Shown here: positions 1-10,789 of the stretch, one piece after another
How positions within the stretch are numbered: position 1 is the first letter of the stretch
How the letters are laid out: every line of letters starts with the position of its first letter
Origin: Mantamonas sphyraenae STR306
Taxonomy: Eukaryota; Protista; CRuMs
DNA: 64,000 bases
Reading direction: 5' to 3'
Assembly: GCA_026936335.1 (NCBI GenBank)
Contig: JAPMXV010000024.1
Location: 62,001-126,000, forward strand
The notes under the pieces: model-generated
The model's input: only the letters and a program-made list of their open reading frames with translations
What the model was told of the DNA's origin: nothing
Database searches by the model: none
Translations under genes and position numbers: made by a program

Positions 1-2
1 CC

Positions 3-2524
3 ACAGGCCTCTCCGTGGCCCTCCATCCCATGCGTGTGCAACACATCCTCGGCACCCCTTCCGGTCGTGTCTTTGTCACCGCCGGCAAATCCGCCCCGTA
101 CCGTCTGTACGAGCTCGTGTACAACCCGCAGGAAAGCTGGTTCTCCAAGCGTTGCGAGCTCCAAGACGTGACCCCATCCACCGTACGCAACAGCAGTGGA
201 GGCAAGAATGGAGGCGGCGGCGGCAGCAGCAGTGGCACAGGTGGAAGCGGAAGCAGCTTCGGTTTGGCACCCCTGGCCGAGTACGTCGGGTATTTCGGAA
301 ACGCGGCGTGCCCGTCGTTTGGCGCGCTCGCCCACGATCCGGCCAACAATTTGCTGTACGCAGTGACAGAGGCATGCCATGTGCAAGTGTTTGATCTGGG
401 CGAATCGGGCTACGAGTGGACACATCTGGAAGACAGCGGGGTGGCACTCGATTTGAACAGCATCGAGGAGGCGTGTGCGGATCAGTTTGCACAGGCAGGC
501 GATCGTAAGGATCCGTCCGTGGTGGCGCTGCACGTGCACAGCAGCAGTGAGAGCGCAGGGGTACGCACACAGGGCACTGCATACGATGTGGTGGCCATCA
601 CACGTGACGGCTGGCGGTTGTATTTGACGCTGGAGACGGAGGAAGGGCGACCCTTTCTTGTGTTTACGCACATGCGACTGCCGCCACAGCGTGTGGGCTT
701 CTCCCTCGACGCTGCCAGTGTCTGTGTCCACGAGCAGCACTTTGTATATTCCAATGCGTCGGCGTTGCACTTTCACCTCGTCAGCCCGCTGGCCGCGGGG
801 CATGGCGGAGCCGACGGCGCCTTGGGCAGGCTTCACGAAGCTCACACCCTGGTCGGCAACCAAGTCAACCAGCCGGGACAGAGTGGCAACAACAGCAACA
901 GCAACAACAACAACAACAGCAACAGCAGCAAGGGCAAGGGCAACACAAGTGGTAATGGCAACGGTGGTGGTATGACGCTGTCGTTGCCGACGCTGTACGG
1001 CATGGCGCCGTGGCCTGCGGAAGATGCGCTGTTTCAGGGCAGAGTTGCACGCACGTCGCCTTTGCTGACCCAACACCTGTTGCCAGCCAAGGCCTTTACG
1101 GTGCTTACCTCGCATGCACTTGTCACCGTGCGTGTGTTGCCTCCCATGGACCAGTTGCGACGCCTGCTGGACCGTGACTCCCCCTCACGCATTGCCATCT
1201 CTGCCTTTTTCACAACCTACGGCCCCACAGAGGCCCTGGCGATGTGTTTGCTCCTTGCCAGTGAGTGTGACGACTTGGCAATGGCATCGTCGTCGTCGTC
1301 GTCGTCGTCCTCCGCCTCGTCGGTGTCACGTGTGGCATCGCATGCCGCCGAGTTGTTGACGTCGATGAACAATACGCCGGCGTTGGTGGTGGGTACGGGT
1401 GGACGTGTGCTCGCATGTCCCGACAAGCCCGGATTTGTGGCACCGCACGAAACACGCCTGCAGATCGATTATGGCACGGAGGAGCAGCGGGTGCAGTTTA
1501 GCCACGCACACAACGCGTTGTATCTGGCCACCGCACGTCTGGTCTCCTTTGTGTGGGACCAGGGTGTGTTGAGCGGGGTTGCTGCAGCTGGAACAGAGAC
1601 GTTGACCTCTTCCTCCTCCTCCTCTGCACTCGGCCTCGTGCGGGCCACACTGAGCAAGAGTGAGGCAGAGAGTGTGTTGCGACGTGTGGAGACCCTGGTG
1701 CACTTTCTGCCACGCAGCATGCCGCAGGTTCAGGGCACCCCTGTGCAACGACTGCATGCCTTTCTGCGTCGCACGCCCCTTCACCACGTGCAAACCATGG
1801 AACTGCGCTCCTTGCTCCATCTGCGTGCTCTCCTCCGTCGTCTGGCCGAGTGTCTGCACCTGCTTGCTGCCGTTGCTGAGTACGCACCTGCCAACCTCTC
1901 TCGTCGCGCCGTGCGCCATCCCACCACCCTGGCAGCCCTTGTGGCAGGGACAAGCGTGGGTGCACAGTCTCTCTCTGCTTCGTCGTCGTCCAGGGCATCC
2001 AGCAGCAGTGGCGGTTCTGCAGGACGTGGCATGGTGTATCGTGCACGCATGGCACGTGAGGAGCTGGTGTTTCTTGTCATGCGTCACTGCATGCACAACG
2101 AAGCAGCCATGGAAGCGATGGCCTCTGAGCTTGCGCGTCGTTGTCCCACACTGTTTGGCCCCGTCGATCGCATCCGATACAAAGCCAAGCAAGCCCTGGA
2201 ATTTGCCTGTGCCCCGCACCGCAGGTTGGATGGTGGTGACAACGATGGTGATGATGATGATGATGATGATGATGATGACGTGGACCGGTACAAGACCTAC
2301 TTGCAACGTGCGGTGGCACTGTATGTGCGCATTGCAGAACACGTGCGCATCCGTCCTCTCTGTGCACAGTTGGCACAGATGAGCTTCTACAACGGCTTGG
2401 TGACCATTGCGCTGGTGCGTGCGGCAAAATTGGACCCCGACAACATGGCATTGCGCTACGAGGATGATGATGACGACGAGGACGATGATGAATACGACCG
2501 CAACGCTCTCTTTGACGATGATGA

Positions 2525-2569
<45 letters not shown>

Positions 2570-4250
2570 TGACAGGATGGACCACGACAGTGCCACGTCC
2601 TCGCGTCGCCGCGTGCGTCGTGGCGGAGGCATGGTGGCCGTGCAACGTGCGTACAACGATCGCATGGAGTGCTACGATTGCATCCTGGAACATCTGGGCA
2701 AGCTGCTGCGCAGTGTGGAAAGGGGAGGTGGCGATGGCAGGGGCAACATTGACGACGGCGAGGATGGGATGGACGTGGATGCGGCCGCCGAGTTGGATTG
2801 GCAAGCCATGGTGGATGAGACGTGGCAACTGGCGGTGGAATCCAAGGACAAGCTGTGGCACGAAACACTGTACGCATGGCTCATGCGACAGGAGGATTTG
2901 CACTCACGTTTGCTGTCCATCAGTTCCCCATTCCTGGAACCCTTCCTTGTGGAGCAAGCCACGCGTGCGGAGGAGGAGGACGGCCTGAGCGACGTGCTGC
3001 CAGTCACCCTTGCGGTGGAGTTTTACAAACGGAACCACAGTCCGGGCAAGGCTGCCTCGTTGCTCCAACACCTGGCTGACAAGCCACCGTCCAGCAGCTA
3101 CCAGGTGAGCATCCACGACAGGGCTGAGTATCTGCGTGAGGCATTGCTTCTGCTGCGTCTTGCCGCCTGGGAGCATGGCAACGATGGCGACTACGACAAC
3201 GGCACCCATGACGACGACGACTGGATGCACCTGCAGCATGTGGAAGGCAAGCAGAGCGGCGCCATGCGTTTGGATGCGGCCGAGTTGGAGCTGCGGCAGA
3301 TGGTGGCTGCGGTGCAGGTGACCATGACGGAAGAGGGGCCGGAGGCGGTGCGCGAGGCGCTGGTGGAACAGGCTCTTGTGGACAGGGACGACTTGTACGC
3401 GATTGCATTGGAGCATGGGATGTATGTGCAGTGTTTGGACATTTGCGACGCGCTGTGGCAGTATTACATGGCGGTGCGGGACATCCACGGAGGCGAGGGC
3501 GAGGAGGCGGAGGAGGCGGAAGAGGAGTTGGCTCACGTGCAGGAGCTGATGCATGAGAATTGGGTCAACATCATCGATGACACCATGCACAGGCACAACG
3601 AGCTGCAGGACGCCCTTGACGATCTGCAGGCCATCGTGCATCAACTCGGCAGTGGCTACTACGCCGACAAGAGTCCTGTGTTTGATGTACCCTTCCTGGT
3701 CACCAATCTGGAGCTGGTGAACATGCAAAACCACAAACACACCCGACGTGCAGGCTCCTCCTCCCTCCTCTCCCTCTCCACACACGCCATCTCGTCGCCC
3801 CTGCGCTCGCCCATGGCCTCCAATGCAGGGTATGGCGGACGTGGCAACAGCAGCAGCAGCCGTGGAGGAGACAATGCCGCCGCGGAAGACGACAGCCTGG
3901 GGTGGATTGTGCGTGTCATGCGTGCGGTGGGTGTGCCCTTTGCCACCCTCGCACAGATCTACGATCGCTTCGAGAGCGACCAACCCGAGCTGTGGCGCAA
4001 GGAGGCGTCCATTTTGCACCTCATGCGTGTGCGTCTGTTGCTGCTGCAGATGTGGCAAAGCCACGGAATGCGTCGCAACAACACCCTGGCCCAGACCCGG
4101 CAGGAGTTTGCCAACTTTATGGCTACGCACGGGGAAGACATGGTCTCTGAGTACATGGTTGTGTTGCAGGGCATCACGGGCAGGCAACAGCAGGTCAAGC
4201 GGCTTGTGCGTGGCTTTGCGTCGCTGGTGCGTGCCACAAACACACGATGA
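3..4250 (+). CDS. NUP155: Nucleoporin Nup155/Nup170 (5'-partial; frame open from the window start)
   Basis: GRVFVTAGKSAPYRLYELVYNPQESWFSKRC resembles the Nup155 beta-propeller segment (GRIF.AG.DG.LYE..YQ...WF..RC). Also PMDQLRRLL..FFTTYGPTEALAMCLLLA, FSHAHNALYLATARLV, ELARRCPTLF, DKLWHETLYAWL..LLSISSPFLEPFL. Microsatellite-coded poly-D/S/N insertions. Confidence 0.9.
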
Positions 4251-4356
4251 ACACACACACACACACACACGGGGCAGTGACGAAGCACAGTACACGGGTG
4301 TGTGTGTGAAGAAACGGGATGAACATTTCCCACGGGTTTCATTTTCCATCGCCTCC

Positions 4357-7300
4357 TCACCTGGTCTTCTTGACAAAGTCTTGTGTGGGCGGCTGCTCGG
4401 CAGGGAGGGCAAGAGAGAGGAGAATGAGGAAGGAGAGGACGACGAGAAGGATGGCACAGTCAAACACAAGCTTGGGGGCAAAGATGGCCCAGACCATGAG
4501 ATGCCTGCGTGCACCGTAGACAAAAAACGCACTCAGGGCAGCGTTGAGGCCATAGTACAGAGCAAAGATGGCCAGGGGCAGTGCCCAGGTACGATGGCCC
4601 GTGTGGGAGTGCACGACATGGGCGGCGACGGGCAGCAGGAGCACAATCAGCAGGAAGGAGGCAAAGGTGTTGAGGCCCATGAGCGCGCCGTTTGCGTAAA
4701 AGTTAAACTCCTCGATGCCAACAAAGGTGTTGCCTACCTGCAGGGCCCCAAAGTCGTTCTGGTGGCCTGTTTCAAAGAAGTAACGATGAGCGCTAAAGGC
4801 CAACGAAAGCAGGGTGCCGAGGAGGAGGAAAAACGGACCCGTGCTGACGTGGGACAAGGCATTGGCGGCGTGCACACGTGCCAGGTGACCCACCGTATCC
4901 AGCAGACTCTGCACGTGAAGATACAAGAGCAACACAATGCACGGGGAACTGGGACCCAACGCCAACGCCAGCGACGGGGTGAGCACAAGCCATGCCGCAT
5001 AGCAACGGAGATGATGCACGCCTGCGGTGCTGCCATCGCCATCATCCAGTGCCCCCGTTGCAGCAGCCGTTGTGTCATCTCCTGTCTCGTTCCGTATCTG
5101 CATCCTGCGTCGTCTGCCTCGGGTTGTTGTCCTTGCCAGCACGCCGCACCAAAGGCAACGCCAACAAGCCAAGTGCAGAGAGGGCGTATGTGAGACGAGG
5201 CAAACCCAGGCGAAGGTGCGCGGGCTGTGCATCGATGCTGGTGAACGTTTGCAGGGAGAAGAAGAGGAGCATGGCGGCATGTGCGAGGATGGCGTGTGCC
5301 CCAAGGGCGAGACGGGTCATGGGGCTGCTGCGGGCCCACAGATGACGTTTGATGATGACAAGGGGCATGAGGAGGGATGGGAGGGCACAGACAAGGAGCA
5401 TGTGTGTGGGCTGCTGGCGATCGAGTTCGGCGGCAGGTGAGATGGGCAGCCACTCGTGAGCCTTGACAGTGGCAAGGTGCAGCAAGGCATGGGCCAGGGC
5501 AGACGGGAGGGAACGATGGGACGATTCGCGTCCTTCGGTGTTCAGAGTGGCGATGAGGAGAAGGAGGGCGGCGCCTGTCTGCAGGTAGGCCAACACGGTG
5601 TGTTCCGCCACAATGAAGCTGTTTGAAAACAGGCCTGCAGCGTGCATGGCGGTGGCAAGCAGCATGTACTTGTCAAACAGATGCAGATGGAGGGTGGAGA
5701 TGGAGGCAGCCGCACGTGTGTAGGCCAACACACGGGGCACGCCGTGCACGAGCATGTGCCAGGCGAGACCCAACACAGAACCCAGTGCAGCCAGGGCCAT
5801 GGGCGAGGGTGAATCCAGCACCAGGAAGAGACTGGAGGGACACAGGTGGGCGAGAATGACACCCACAAGGGCACCCACAGACATGGCCAGAGTGGGCGGG
5901 TTCAGATGCAGGGCCATGGCACGCAATGCCAACGCCCCAGTGAGAGCAAGGGCAAGCACAAAGATGACAAGGGCCCAACGCATGGCCGAGAGGTCGAAGC
6001 GAGCCCACACGTGACGGCACATGTCCAGGGTCTGCGTGGTGAACTGTTGGTACTTGGAACACAGCAACTTGAGATGGTGCAGGTTGTGTGCCTGCGAGCC
6101 ACCCGCTCGGATGTACAACATCTCAGCCTCTTGGTACAAGGTACGCAGTTTGGTCAGCTGGGCGTCGGGCAGCTGGCCGGGTGCCAGGCGGTGGTAGACG
6201 TCGAGGAAGCGGGAAATCTGCGCCGCGTTGACATGCAGCGCCTGCAGCAGACGACGGAAGCCGGCGAGCTGCGTGGCCGTGGACAGGGTAAAGTGGGTCT
6301 CTGGATGTACGTGTGCGGTGGGCGAGGCGGCAGTGGGGGCGTCGGAGAGGCGGGCGCGTGCGTCTGCGGGAAGATCCTGAGAACGGACGAAAAACAAGTC
6401 AGGAATGACGGTTCCGAGCGAACCAAAGGGAATGGGCAGCCCCAGCAGGAGGGAGAGGGTGGGCACGAGGTCGACCTGTGGGATGGTGGTTTGGTGGTGT
6501 GGGGCATCGGAGACGGCGTGGGAACCGGTGTACTGCACGGTGTCCAGCCTGTCATGCAGATGCTGACGGTAGTGGCGTCGCAAGTCAAAGTTGAACGGTG
6601 TTTTGGCGTACAAAAACAGCGCCGCGTTGACTTCCTCATCACTGGCGCCGCCATGGTTGCCGCCTGGGGTCATGCCATGGTCACCCATGACGACGAGGAG
6701 GGTGTCGTCGTCGAGGGCATCGACCACATCGGTGATGACACGGTCCATCTGGCGCAGTTTGTCGGCAATGATGGGGTGGTAGGGCCCGTAGCGGTGGCCG
6801 ACGTGGTCGACGCCGAGAAAGTGAGCGATGAGCAGGTTCCAGTCGCTGGAGGTGTTGCGCATCTCTGGCAGGAGGTGGTCGATGCAGCCGTTGTCCACAG
6901 TGTGCAGGTCCTTGACATTGAACGACGGATACGGGTAGGCAAGGTCGAAATGGGTTGGAAACAGGGCCGTCCAGGTGTCGTCGCCCATGAACACCGTGGT
7001 GCGTGCGTTGAGCTTGGCCTGTTGCACCAAACTGTCCTCCGCAATGGTTTCCGAGGCAAAGTTGGCGGAAATGTCGATGAACGTGGGCAACCCTCCCGTG
7101 GTGAGTCCCTTGAGACGTTGCATGGTCACGGTGGGGGCATCCGCCGCAAAGCGATACAGCACTGCGTTGTGTGGTTGACGATTGATGAGTCGACGCAGGA
7201 TGGGAAGTCGGTTGACATACGGTGGCACCTCGTCCGTGGTGGCCGTGGCCAACGAGTCGTCCCAGCGGGCAAAGTCGTACCGCAGCGCGTCGATCACAAG

Positions 7301-7591
7301 CAACACAGCGCGGGAGAACCGTCGTTCAGGCAACCAACACGATTGGGTGTGGGAGGAAGAGGAGGAGGAGGAGGAGGAGGAGGACGGCGGGTCGGCATGG
7401 CTGTCGTTATCCTTTGCCCCTGCTTGTGTTGCAGTTCCTGTGGTGGTGTTGTACGAACCGGGGATGCGCACCGGCGGATCGTCGCAGCGAGACAACTCGG
7501 TCAGCTCGTAGCGGGTGAGCAGGAAGCCATGGAGGTAGAGATAGACGCCCGATGCAAACAGGAGGGCAATCCACAGGAGGGTGGTGCGCAT
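4357..7591 (-). CDS. PIGO: GPI ethanolamine-phosphate transferase 3 (PIG-O/Gpi13); two frames joined near 5100-5150 by a probable ~52-nt intron or a frameshift
   Basis: N-terminal TM then GFLLTR, VLLVIDALRYDF, ADAPTVTMQRLKGLTTGGLPTFIDI, FMGDDTW, YPSFNVKDLHTVDNG, HFLGVDHVGH, MGDHGM..GNHGG. The second frame carries FFETGHQNDFGALQ and RRHLMVWAIFAPKLVF. ATG at 7591. Confidence 0.93.
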
Positions 7592-7707
7592 GGTTGTGTT
7601 TGGGCAATGGAACCTGCTGGGGTGTTGTCTTGTGTCTCGCCGCGCGAATGGAGCCAACACACACCTTGTGAAACCCCCAAACTTACCCCCTTTTCACACT
7701 ACAAAAA

Positions 7708-8185
7708 ATGGCAATGGTTGGCGCTGTGGGCGATGCCCAGGACATTGACGAGACGGTGACTGCTCTGTGTGAGACGCACCGCGCAGACATTGGCGAGTAC
7801 GAGACGTTTGAGCCCGTGTCGTATGCCTCGCAGGTAGGTGTGGATGGGTGTGCAATGCCATAGGTGGCATGCGGGGATGTGCGACGGTGTGACACATGTT
7901 CTGTGCGACTCGTGTGCATGTGAGGGCGTGGAGAGCGGCAAGAGGGTTTTGCTGGGAAACGTCAAGAGGCCACGTTTTTTGGGCCGGAGGTGCTGACACG
8001 CGTGACACGCACACACAAACACATGGGCATGCAAACAGGTCGTGGCAGGAATCAACTACTTTGTCAAGATCAACGTGGGCGACGAGCACGTGCACGTGCG
8101 CATCTACAAGCCCCTGAGCGGCGATTCCGAGTTTGTGTCGAAGGAGACGGGTCACACCGCCGACGATGAGATCACTCATTTTTGA
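7708..8185 (+). CDS. Type-1 cystatin (stefin), join(7708..7833,8039..8185), 90 aa
   Basis: Spliced translation MAMVGAVGDAQDIDETVTALCETHRADIGEYETFEPVSYASQ|VVAGINYFVKINVGDEHVHVRIYKPLSGDSEFVSKETGHTADDEITHF* restores the QVVAG motif. Donor GTAGGT at 7834, branch GCTGAC at ~7992, acceptor ACAG at 8038. Confidence 0.92.
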
Positions 8186-8212
8186 AGGGGAAGAATGTGA
8201 AAACCCTTTTCA

Positions 8213-8520
8213 TCAATAGAACACTCGGATCTCCACCACTTCACCCGACATGCCATGTTCCATGGCCTCCTGCAGTTCCAGCTGGTTGGTCATGTTGCAC
8301 CAGTCGCCGTCTTCGTCCGGGTACTTCATGGAAAAGTCGTCGTGGTCCAGCTGCAATGCCGTCTGCACTGCCAGCCGGAACGTGTCCATGTGTGTGTTGA
8401 CAGGCACCTGCACCCGTTTGGTGGATCCGTTGTAATTCAACACCAGCTTGTACGTCACCACAGGTCCCACACTTGTATCCGGCTGCTCCTGCTGCTCTTT
8501 CTGTTGTTGTTGTTGATCCT

Positions 8521-8568
<48 letters not shown>

Positions 8569-9097
8569 CCTGTGCTTTCGTGTTGGGTCTTCGTCGGAAG
8601 CCGTCGTCTGCCGTCTTGCCGTGCAGCAGAAGGCTCTCGCTAGCAAGATCGTCCTCCATCAGACTCCATTCGCCAAACTTTGCCCTGCTTGGCCGTGCGC
8701 TGTTGTTGTTGTTGTTGTTGTTTGTACCCGTGTGTGCATGCCCGTCTTTCTGTGTGGTTGTTGTCGTTGTCTCGTGCCCTTGTTCCCCCGGCTGTGTTTG
8801 TTGTTGCGGCACTGTAAACGTCACAACGGCGCTCCCATGCTCGCCGTTTGCGTCCAATGTGTCCCTGTAGTCAATCTTTTCCCAATCGTCGTCCTCTCCA
8901 TCGTTGTGTGGCCCTCCCTTGTTTGCCCTGGCTCCCGTGGACGACGGCGTTCCGTCCTCACCGTCCGAATCGACCTCGGAAATGGCAATGGTCCCACCGC
9001 CGTTCTCGTTGCCGTTTGCGCTGTTGTTGGACGTCCCATCCGTCCCGTCTTGTCCCTCGGGCGTCGTTCCAGCCAGCCAGTTCCACACACTGCTCAT
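8213..9097 (-). CDS. Protein with disordered N-terminus, LIR/AIM-like motif and C-terminal PB1 domain (PB1-A)
   Basis: C-terminal KLVLNYNGSTKRVQV...FSMKYPDEDGDWCNMTNQLELQEAM is a PB1 with an OPCA acidic motif. EDDDWEKI fits acidic-[W]xx[I]. Likely ATG at 9097 (MSSVWNWL). Confidence 0.8.
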
Positions 9098-9273
9098 GGC
9101 TGTGGATGTGTCCTCCGTCTGCTTTGCGGCACCCAGCGCAAGTGAAGTCGCGTGCCCCCCAACACAGAGACGCACACAAACACAGACTCCACACAGCCAA
9201 CCCAGCCGCACGTACACATACACACACACACACAGTCAACCCATCCATTCATTTTAAGAAAACAACCACAACC

Positions 9274-10656
9274 ATGGAACACGACTGGGAAATCCTCGAG
9301 CTGGACGGCGGCACGGACGCACTGAGTGAAGACGACGGCGACGTGCCCATTGTCACCTTTCATGGCGACTGGGAGAGTGTGGCACAATCTGTGTCGGAAG
9401 AGGTGGGTGTCATGTGGGGGTGGCAGAGGAGGGGAAAGGCGGGCGGGGACGGTGAAGAAGAATCGAGGCCCCAAACCCAAGAACAACCAAAAAGCTCACA
9501 CCAGACGCACTGACGCTTGCGTACACACTGGGACTGGACTCGCACAGATCACTGTGGACCGGCTGACGGTGGAGCAGCATGGCGACGAGACGTACATCTC
9601 GCTGGGGGCGTCGAGTCTGCTGCAGAGCGTCTCGGGAATTCAAGCGGAAACGCAAACGTTGCCGCCGGCGACCAGTTCGGCGTCCACATCGACGGACGAG
9701 ACGCAGACGGCCGAGGCAGGCGTCGGGGCAGTGCAGGAAACCACCGAGATGGGTGTGGGTGGCTCTGCAAGTGATGCCGATGAGAATGAGGACGAGGAGA
9801 CGGCGGAAAACGGCCAGGAGGTGAGCGATGAGTTGCTTCGCTTCAAATTCGACTACCAGGGCGACAAGCGACGCATTGCGGTGAGTTTGCAGGAGCTTGT
9901 GTTTGGCGAGGTGTGTGCACGCGTGGCTGCGTTGTATCGGCTGAACAACGTGCAGGCGTCTCGCATGCACTTTGAGTATGCGGACGAGGACGGGGATGTG
10001 TGCAAGATCACCTCGGATGCCGAGCTGGTGGAGAGTGTGCGTCACCAACGCGAACTGGGCCAATCTCCACTGCGCTTCTCCGTGTGTGTGGGCACAGGCA
10101 GCATCACGGTGTGCATTGGCAGCAGCGCAGGGACGCAAACCACAGGGGTGGAGGTGGAGGTGGTGGAACAAGTGGCCATGGAGGACAGTGCCACCAACAC
10201 AGAGGCAGAAGAGGTGGCAACAGCAGCAGCAGGCGACGATGCAAGCACACAGACGGAAGAGGAGGAGGGCAAGCAGACAGAGGAGACAGGGGTGGGCACT
10301 GGGTTGGCCCTGTGTGTGGAGTTGGACCAGGGGGCACAGACAGACGACACAAACGGCAACGAGGAGAGTGAGGCCCAACGAAAGGCAGCAGCAACCAAAT
10401 TGGCTCGCAATGGGACGGTGGTGCGCCACGGAAGCAACGTGGTGATGGCAAAAACCAACAAGTCGGTGGTCATCCGTTGTGGCTCCACCGTTGTCATCAC
10501 CGGTGGCTGCCAGGTCAGGGTGTCGTCGCCAAAGACGAGCAATGGCAGTGCAGCAGCAGCAGCAGCAGCAGCAGTGGTGGCACAAAGGCAAAGGCAGGGG
10601 TGCAAATCAAGCGCACTCACCAGGGTCAAAGCGTGGTCATTCCCAAGCGACTCTGA
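9274..10656 (+). CDS. LIR/AIM + PB1 + multi-TQT protein (PB1-B); exon 1 9274..9402, intron 9403..9547; probable true stop TGA 10654-10656 after a 1-nt indel near 10550
   Basis: Exon 1 MEHDWEILE...GDWESVAQSVSEE; donor GTGGGT, branch CACTGAC, acceptor CACAG in phase with the 9326 ORF. PB1: LRFKFDYQGDKRRIAV...FEYADEDGDVCKITSDAELVESV. Repeated xxTQT motifs. Confidence 0.65.
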
Positions 10657-10789
10657 TGGGCTTGCTTTGTGTTGTGAGAGCATGAGCATGGCGTGGATGA
10701 TCCAACCCACCCATGGCTTCCCACTTTGGAAAATGAAAGGAAGATGTTTGTGTGAGCACGCCCTTGGCATCCAACCCAGCCCCAAGAGA

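Noticed and set aside
1326-7759. Long antisense ORFs (525, 542, 637 aa) over Nup155 and PIG-O
   Set aside because: Expected by-product of GC3-biased codon usage on the coding strand.
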